From the IMG/VR virus record IMGVR_UViG_3300041411_000178, positions 1 to 64,000 of that record: a DNA stretch of 64,000 nucleotides, one strand, 5' to 3'. A model generated the notes under the pieces. That model did not search any database and was not told where the DNA came from. It saw nothing but the letters and a program-made list of their open reading frames with translations. Within the stretch, counting starts at the first letter, position 1; each line of letters begins with the position of its first letter. Made by a program: the position numbers and the translations under genes. Positions 57,622 to 64,000 of the stretch are shown piece after piece.

Positions 57622-59256
57622 ATGGGCATGTATCTACCGGAACTCACTCCGTCAAATGAGCTGGCTATTAAGAAGCTCACACAGTACAACGAAGAAAAGC
57701 TCGACCCAATGCCTTTCTTCAACCGCTATGCCGCAGCCTTCGGCCGGTCGCTGGAGGATGACCCGCGTTATTCGGAGCCGCTGTATTGGGACTTCGAAGA
57801 CTACGACTACTTGCACGATACCAGTCGTCTTAAGCCAATCTATCTGAATGAGTTCGACTTCAACATTCAGGAAGATCGCGAAGCCATCGAGCGTCTGACT
57901 CGTATGGAGTTCAACGGCAACTCGTTCGAGACCGTGGCCAGCTGTAATCCGGCCTGTGGTCACTATCGGGGTAACTATCGCCTGAAGCAGGGTAAGGCCT
58001 GTCCTAAGTGCGGAGAGGTCCCAGAACTGTTCCTAGACCGCGGTGAAGACACTCGTCTGTGGTTGAAGCTGCCAGAAGGCGTCAATGGGTTTGTTAACTT
58101 GGGTTTCTTCTCGACCTTCTTTAACAAAGTCGGCATCGGCAGTCCGAAGGTCTGCGTACCAAGGTACTTCATTGACCCGACGTATCGCGGACAGATCAAC
58201 AAGCAAAAGAACACTACGGTCAACCTGATCCGGAACATGCTCGACGAGCTACAGATCAGCGAAGTCAACATGAACACCTTCCAGGAACGATGCGATGACA
58301 TTATGCATTGGATGCTGGTAGGCAATGGCAAACGTCATTGCACGACCTCTCACGAGGGCGTAGTGTTGATGGAAGTGTACCAGAAGAACAAGCACATCGC
58401 GTTCTCCAAGTACATGAAAGTACCGAACCGCTATGCAACGATCCTGGAGAAGACGGGCAAGGATACTTACGCCTATCCTCACCAACCGGTCACTGCACAG
58501 CTGTACACTGCGATCGCTGATACCAAGCGTTCCAACTCCGTGGTTAAACTGAGCGCCGCTGATAAGCGCCGTAACGTGGACATCGTGGGTAAGAACCTGG
58601 TTAAGCTGGCTGACCAATACCGTAAGGTGAACAACCCGAAAGCGTTGTTTGGTAAACCGGCTATCAACCGTAAACACGTGGCCTCTGGTGCAGTACCGTT
58701 CACTGGCCGCTCGGTTGTAACCTCGGTAACCGGTATCCTCAACCCGGACGAGTGGATGGTGCCGTGGAAGATGTGTCTGGCTATTCTGGACTATCACATC
58801 ACGGGCTTCCTGTATCGTCGTGGTCATACTCCGTATCAAGCCATTCAGCGAATCAGTCGAGCTGCTTATTGGATCGACCCGCTGATTGATGAATTCTTCC
58901 GCGACATGGAAGATAACAACAAGGCTATCATACAGAGTGGACGTAACCCGTCGATTGAGTTCCTCAGTCTGCGCAGTGCGTTCCTCCGAGTGAACCGCGA
59001 TCTCCGAGACGAAAGTATTCGGGTACCGATCCTCGCAGTTAGCGAATCGAACACCGACTTTGACGGCGACAACCACTACATCGTCCTTATGGCCGATAAC
59101 GAGTCGAAAGCAAAAGCTTACGGCGCGTGGGGTCACCACCAAACGTTGGACCGCAACATTCCGTTTACAGTGGGTGACTACGCTGGGCAAGCGGCGACTA
59201 ACCTCATGAACCTTAACACGCTCATGGCGCAAACGCCGATTCTTGATGTAGCCTAA
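57622..59256 (+). CDS. Non-virion RNA polymerase beta' N-terminal subunit (phiKZ gp55-like), uninterrupted
   Basis: Zinc finger CNPACG...CPKCG, FTGRSVVT, RNPS, catalytic NTDFDGD. Confidence 0.9.
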   Translation: MGMYLPELTPSNELAIKKLTQYNEEKLDPMPFFNRYAAAFGRSLEDDPRYSEPLYWDFEDYDYLHDTSRLKPIYLNEFDFNIQEDREAIERLTRMEFNGNSFETVASCNPACGHYRGNYRLKQGKACPKCGEVPELFLDRGEDTRLWLKLPEGVNGFVNLGFFSTFFNKVGIGSPKVCVPRYFIDPTYRGQINKQKNTTVNLIRNMLDELQISEVNMNTFQERCDDIMHWMLVGNGKRHCTTSHEGVVLMEVYQKNKHIAFSKYMKVPNRYATILEKTGKDTYAYPHQPVTAQLYTAIADTKRSNSVVKLSAADKRRNVDIVGKNLVKLADQYRKVNNPKALFGKPAINRKHVASGAVPFTGRSVVTSVTGILNPDEWMVPWKMCLAILDYHITGFLYRRGHTPYQAIQRISRAAYWIDPLIDEFFRDMEDNNKAIIQSGRNPSIEFLSLRSAFLRVNRDLRDESIRVPILAVSESNTDFDGDNHYIVLMADNESKAKAYGAWGHHQTLDRNIPFTVGDYAGQAATNLMNLNTLMAQTPILDVA

Positions 59257-59278
59257 CCCAGGCTAAGAGGTAAACACG

Positions 59279-59920
59279 ATGAATAGTGCTCATGCATTCA
59301 GCTACGCGGTCTCGGGTAGTTATACCGAGAATCAGATGCAGAAGTACGCCGAGTATGTGAACAACTCCACTCAGGCGTTTCAACAAGCCGGTGGTTGGTT
59401 GGCGCAGCAAGCTACAAACGCGTTGGAAGGGTTTAACAACTACATGACATCGCGTGCATGGGAAATGGGTAAACGACTGTTGGGCAAGTCGGACGGCGAT
59501 TACGTCGGTCGGTTTGAAGTCGGTTATCTGGGTTCTGTAGCCGGTCTGCAAGGTGCACAAGGTTTCATGCGTGACTACATCATGGCGCATGAAGGTCTGC
59601 ATCAGGATTACCTGGACGACAAGATCAGTGGTTATGATGGCGTCTTCAGTCCGCTCAATACCGGTATCGGCGCTGAGAACATTTTCTGGCGTCGGGCAAT
59701 GAACGGTTTGATGCACATGGAAACCAAAGACGACGTGACTCGGTTGAAGCACGCTCACTATCTGGAAAGTGCCGGTGGTGGGTTGTCATTCCGTGAACGT
59801 GTTGATGTGCAGAAAACCTGGGCTGCTGTGGGTTATCATCGGACCAAAGGTCTGTTCGATATCACCAGTGAGACCAACAAGGCGTTGAAGGGTGCTCAGC
59901 CGCCCGCAGACGTCGAATAA
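59279..59920 (+). CDS. Conserved jumbo-phage core protein
   Basis: 213 aa, GAGG SD, core block after nvRNAP beta'. Confidence 0.7.
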   Translation: MNSAHAFSYAVSGSYTENQMQKYAEYVNNSTQAFQQAGGWLAQQATNALEGFNNYMTSRAWEMGKRLLGKSDGDYVGRFEVGYLGSVAGLQGAQGFMRDYIMAHEGLHQDYLDDKISGYDGVFSPLNTGIGAENIFWRRAMNGLMHMETKDDVTRLKHAHYLESAGGGLSFRERVDVQKTWAAVGYHRTKGLFDITSETNKALKGAQPPADVE

Positions 59921-59935
59921 AGCCGTTTAGATAAA

Positions 59936-59971
59936 CAGGAGGGGGTAACACCCTTCCTGCTTTATTTTTTT
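59936..59971 (+). terminator. Intrinsic terminator
   Basis: CAGGAGGGG...CCCTTCCTG plus T-run. Confidence 0.75.
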
Positions 59972-60042
59972 GCTATACGCTATCTTACAGCGTTACCTGT
60001 AAGTTTATTCTTATAGAGGGCATTTCTATAAAGGAAAACGGT

Positions 60043-60450
60043 ATGAGTAGTTTTTGTGTAGGTACTATGTCCACACGCTCTGGCTGGGAGATCAAGTCTC
60101 CTCAAGAAGCCATGGCGCTGCATTTCATGTATTGGTTTACGTCCCGACGTGACCAAGGCAAGGTCATCGGCCAAGTTCCCAGTTTTTATTTTCTCTGGGC
60201 AGCCCATGGTACGACGCCAGAAACCATGGTTGATCGAACGCAACAAGAATTCGACGCCTACATGAAAGAACTGTTCCCACAGTCGGAAGTGTTGGTGCAG
60301 AAACAAACCGTAGCAAATGAAAAGAATAACTACCATCTATTACTCTCAGCGCGAGCGATTGTAGATGGTGTGTCGTATGACCTGTCCGAAGTGGTATTGG
60401 TAACGGGCAGTCTCTATCAAGTATTAGACAAGGCGAGGTTGGGTAAATGA
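60043..60450 (+). CDS. Conserved hypothetical protein
   Basis: 135 aa, AAGGA SD, ATGA overlap. Confidence 0.7.
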   Translation: MSSFCVGTMSTRSGWEIKSPQEAMALHFMYWFTSRRDQGKVIGQVPSFYFLWAAHGTTPETMVDRTQQEFDAYMKELFPQSEVLVQKQTVANEKNNYHLLLSARAIVDGVSYDLSEVVLVTGSLYQVLDKARLGK

Positions 60451-61256
60451 GTCAGATGACCAAGCAGGACCGCGAAGATATTCTCAAGGAAGACTTTGCC
60501 TTTCTGGAGAACGTGAAAGTACAGGACATCAACGGCAAGTTGATGATGAGCGACGGCGAGCTGCCTTTCAGCGTCTCTACCGTGATGTATGAGAAGGATT
60601 TCGTACGCGACTGGCTGATGCCCTTCGCCATCGGTAACGACCTCGGCAAGAACTACTTCAAGGTCAACGAGTGGTTCCAGATCAGCGCCAACGGCACCCG
60701 TGCAGTAATGGTGGTCGACGACAACTACAAGCCGGTTCTGATCGTTGCCCCGATGATCAACCATGGTCTGACTCAGAAAGAGTATCAGATGATGGAACAG
60801 GCCAGCCGGATGATTCACAGTCACAGCGCTGACACCATGAAGAAGCACGATCCCAACGCCAACCTCGGCCTGGCTCGTGCACTGACCAAGGCGTTGGACG
60901 GTAAGAAGCGCACCACGCTGACTGAAATGATCGCGCCTGAGTTCTACGTCAAGCACGGTGTTATCCCTGAAGTAGAGAAACAGATCTACTACATCAAGGA
61001 CTACCTGAACAACAACGAGCGTGACATCAAAGAGATCAACGCTATCCGGCCTATTCTCTATGCAAACTATCGCAAAGAGCCGGTGACGCAGGAACAAGTC
61101 AGCCAGGTCAATCGCCTGATGACTGGTAATACCGAGTTCCAGTTCAACGAAGAGTCCATCAAGGGCCACAAGGAAGGTTACGAGCGTATCCTGGGCACAG
61201 GCAAGAGTAACATTTCTGGCACCCGGGAAAAGCCGACCGACCCGCTGGAGTGCTAA
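60447..61256 (+). CDS. Conserved hypothetical protein
   Basis: 269 aa. Confidence 0.7.
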   Translation: MSQMTKQDREDILKEDFAFLENVKVQDINGKLMMSDGELPFSVSTVMYEKDFVRDWLMPFAIGNDLGKNYFKVNEWFQISANGTRAVMVVDDNYKPVLIVAPMINHGLTQKEYQMMEQASRMIHSHSADTMKKHDPNANLGLARALTKALDGKKRTTLTEMIAPEFYVKHGVIPEVEKQIYYIKDYLNNNERDIKEINAIRPILYANYRKEPVTQEQVSQVNRLMTGNTEFQFNEESIKGHKEGYERILGTGKSNISGTREKPTDPLEC

Positions 61257-61277
61257 CTATCATTAGGGGATTTATAA

Positions 61278-62399
61278 GTGCGTTTTCTCTGGAGCTCTGA
61301 TCAACACACGCTACACCAAACAACACCCACGCCACATATCCTTTCTAACCTGAGCCGTTTCCTATTAAAAGAAAACGATCTGGCTAAAGTGGATATGGTG
61401 GCGTTCGGTGGTGATTTCATGGAACGCATGGTTGAGTCCCCTAACGAAGACATGTTCAAGGTCAAGGACTGGGGGCGCGACTTTCTGCACTCAGCCCATG
61501 ACCTCAATGCCGACCTTATCGCCATCTGGCTGGCGGGCACAGAGTCCCACGACAGTAAACAACCCCGACACTTTGTAAACCTCGCACCCCGAGGCATGGA
61601 TGTCCGGTACATTGATACACTGTCGATTGAGGTGTTCCCGCAGTTAGACGATCTGTCCATTATGTTTGTTCCAGACAACATGGGCAAGATGACACCGGAT
61701 GAGATCTGGGAGCGCGCACTCCAGGTCTTGAAAGCTAACGAAATGGATAAGGTCGACTTGATCTTCTTCCACGGCGGCTTTACCTTTCAACTGCACGCAA
61801 TGGCTCAGAAGAATGCACACCTGCTGGAACGTTGGGAAACCATCGTCAGGTACGCTATCTTTGCAGGTCATATACACAAGCCAGTGCAGAAGGGGAAGCT
61901 TTACACCTCTGGTTCGTTTGACCGTACCGCTCACGGTGAGGAGCATCCCAAGGGCGGTTACGTTGTCGACCTGGATAAGAAGAAGAACTACTTCAACCCA
62001 GTGTTCTGGGAGAACAAGAACGCCCTGCCGTACCTCACCATGGATGTACCGTCTGATATCACGCCTGAAAAGCTGATCACAGAATTCCACACCTTCATTG
62101 CAGCCCGTAAGCTCCCACCTTTCTCGCAGTTGCGTATCCGAGGTGGTAAAGCTGAGATCGTTAACCCGATCGTGGAAGTAATGAAGAAAGACTACCCCAT
62201 GTTTGGGATCAAGGCTGAGAACGAAGTCGATAAAAGCGTCAGTGTTGACGAGACGTTGTTTGATGCTAAGGTCTACGAAGGGGTTTCATTAACGAAAGAG
62301 AACTTAAACGATTCTCTCATGCCAGAAGTTGCTCCCAGGTTCTTGGAACTGGGGATTGACCTGGAAGAGGCGTTTGAGGTGTTGGAGGAGTTCAAATGA
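61278..62399 (+). CDS. sbcD: SbcD/Mre11-like metallophosphoesterase nuclease
   Basis: SDQH, GGDF, GTESHD, FHG, GHIH, SGSF motifs. Confidence 0.85.
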   Translation: MRFLWSSDQHTLHQTTPTPHILSNLSRFLLKENDLAKVDMVAFGGDFMERMVESPNEDMFKVKDWGRDFLHSAHDLNADLIAIWLAGTESHDSKQPRHFVNLAPRGMDVRYIDTLSIEVFPQLDDLSIMFVPDNMGKMTPDEIWERALQVLKANEMDKVDLIFFHGGFTFQLHAMAQKNAHLLERWETIVRYAIFAGHIHKPVQKGKLYTSGSFDRTAHGEEHPKGGYVVDLDKKKNYFNPVFWENKNALPYLTMDVPSDITPEKLITEFHTFIAARKLPPFSQLRIRGGKAEIVNPIVEVMKKDYPMFGIKAENEVDKSVSVDETLFDAKVYEGVSLTKENLNDSLMPEVAPRFLELGIDLEEAFEVLEEFK

Positions 62400-63190
62400 G
62401 AGCACTGGGTGCGTTAGGCATGTCGGTGGGAACTTCACTGGCATTAGAACTTGGCGGGGATGCAGTCCGATCGGCGGATACCCTGCTGTTTAATCTCAGG
62501 ACTTTGATCCGTAACGCTCAGGCAGCTTACGAGAAGGATGATGCAGGAGCTGACGACGTCAAGCAACTGGTCAAGGATGTTGAAGAGGATTTGGTTAAGT
62601 TAGGCCAGTATCTGGAACAGCTGCGTAAAGGCAAGCCTATTCAGATGGTGGTCTACTACCCGTCTTACCGCGGTCTGAAAAGCAAGTACAAACACGCTGA
62701 CCTGACCGACTTCATCAACAACGGTACTGAGAAACAGAAGAAGTTTGCCAAGTTGACTAAAGACGTGGCAGAAGGGCTAATGGAGAAACATTCCAAGATC
62801 CTCGTGAGCACAGATATCGGCATGCCTGATTTTAAGGGGAATGGCGTTGTCATGACTCACCACGTAGTCGACCTGGCAGATGCACGCGGTATTGGTCGCC
62901 TCTTTCTTCTGGAATCTTACACGGGGGTATTAAAACCTTTCACGACTTGGTACACCAAACTGACTGGCGGGGAAGAACTGCACTACATGCCGTTTAACCA
63001 CCTCACCATTCAGATCTTCGGCGATCGCTCTACCAACTTTAAATCGTCTTCCAAGGCGATCAAGGATCTGGTGAAGAAGCTTGCCCTGGACAGTAACTGG
63101 ACGTCAGCCACGTCTATGAGTCGTGTAAGAAACAGTATCGCTGGAATGGACAATCCCGTTGACAAAGCCGGACTCTTGATGATGTTGTAA
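62396..63190 (+). CDS. Conserved jumbo-phage protein, possibly a PIN/5' nuclease-like fold
   Basis: 264 aa, ATGA-coupled to sbcD; fold is a guess. Confidence 0.6.
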   Translation: MRALGALGMSVGTSLALELGGDAVRSADTLLFNLRTLIRNAQAAYEKDDAGADDVKQLVKDVEEDLVKLGQYLEQLRKGKPIQMVVYYPSYRGLKSKYKHADLTDFINNGTEKQKKFAKLTKDVAEGLMEKHSKILVSTDIGMPDFKGNGVVMTHHVVDLADARGIGRLFLLESYTGVLKPFTTWYTKLTGGEELHYMPFNHLTIQIFGDRSTNFKSSSKAIKDLVKKLALDSNWTSATSMSRVRNSIAGMDNPVDKAGLLMML

Positions 63191-63201
63191 GGGAACAGAC
63201 C

Positions 63202-63435
63202 ATGCTCGAGAACACTATTCGCGATTTGACATCTGAAGTGGATAATCGCATCAGCAGTGCGCAATGTCATGATGTTGATACGGGGCCTTTGGAGGAAGCA
63301 CTGAAAATGCTGCACCTGATCCCTGAACTGTTTGAAAAGATCAAGCATGGTGAGCCGGGACATGAAGCGTGGCTTAAGGAAGCTATCGAATGTCATTTCC
63401 TCGGTAAACCCATGCCGGAGTACGTCGCCAAGTAA
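63202..63435 (+). CDS. Small hypothetical protein
   Basis: 77 aa, AAGGGA SD. Confidence 0.65.
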   Translation: MLENTIRDLTSEVDNRISSAQCHDVDTGPLEEALKMLHLIPELFEKIKHGEPGHEAWLKEAIECHFLGKPMPEYVAK

Positions 63436-63515
63436 CTCGTTTAATACCACTGAGTCGCCATTCATATAGACTCAAATCACCAATTTCCCAGTTTGAATAA
63501 AAAGGTAGAATCTCT

Positions 63516-64000
63516 ATGCAACCACAACGCAACGGCGCGCCCTCCGGTCAGAAGCGCAAGAAGACGTTCCTGAACGATTACCGTCAGGCACACCCATCCA
63601 CGGATGGTCCGATCAACGGTGGTAAGTACCCTGCTCAGCTGATGTTCGAGCAGAAGATCACCGGGCAGATCGTGTTGAAGATCAACGACGGCGTGTTCTC
63701 CGAAGGCAAGTCGACTCACAAAGAAGTCGAGCTCGATGCCTACGATCGCGGCCTGCTGTTCGAAGCCCTGAAAGACGCGGCTGATATCGCTGGTAACCCG
63801 AACTTCAAAGCGGCCAAGGTTGTACCGGCTCGTCACCAGTTCGTGTTTCAGGGCGGTTCGGGCCGTATGTCCGAGAAGCCAGTGGTGCAGTGCAACTTCA
63901 CCATCACCCGTGAAGACAACGGCGAGATCACCCTGGGTTACAGCAAGGGCGACTACAAGGCGCTGATCCGCTTCAAGGGTCCTCGCAGCATGAGCGTCAT
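63516..64000 (+). CDS. Truncated gene (MQPQRNGAPSGQKRKK...), ChmC-like nucleus-associated RNA-binding protein by position
   Basis: AAGG SD; open to the window end; biased codons; missing from the ORF track because it has no stop; product inferred from synteny only. Confidence 0.55.
   Translation, partial: MQPQRNGAPSGQKRKKTFLNDYRQAHPSTDGPINGGKYPAQLMFEQKITGQIVLKINDGVFSEGKSTHKEVELDAYDRGLLFEALKDAADIAGNPNFKAAKVVPARHQFVFQGGSGRMSEKPVVQCNFTITREDNGEITLGYSKGDYKALIRFKGPRSMSV

Noticed and set aside
1-64000. CRISPR array, rRNA, transposase or integrase, stop-codon reassignment
   Set aside because: No regularly spaced repeats or recognisable motifs seen by eye; core genes are intact in the standard code and TAA, TGA and TAG all serve as stops

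Overview
A 64-kb segment of a nucleus-forming jumbo myophage (Chimalliviridae, phiKZ-related). Gene order is closest to what I recall for the Pseudomonas phage EL/OBP branch, and the host is probably Pseudomonas. In order, the window carries: a 2665-aa tail-associated lysin; virion RNAP beta' and beta subunits; a modular endolysin; head genes and the prohead protease; an accessory block (NUDIX, QueC-like PP-loop protein, thymidylate kinase, a secreted protein, a degenerate HD protein); tail tube, sheath and baseplate-type genes; the large terminase with an intein; a PL7 alginate lyase; two tandem HslV-like proteins; PhuZ tubulin; a split family-B DNA polymerase; chimallin; non-virion RNAP beta'; an SbcD-like nuclease; and a truncated ChmC-like gene. 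A conserved early promoter (TTTCARGYCTAYATTAC) and many long intrinsic terminators are visible. The most notable observations are an apparently overprinted single-TM gene inside the vRNAP beta linker (candidate holin or lysis regulator), a Tyr-initiated class 3 intein, an active/variant pair of proteasome-beta-like genes, a GH19 plus M15 dual-activity tail lysin, and a NUDIX-QueC-like-TMK cluster. No tRNA, rRNA or CRISPR array was seen. All family assignments come from motifs read by eye and recalled synteny; no searches were run.
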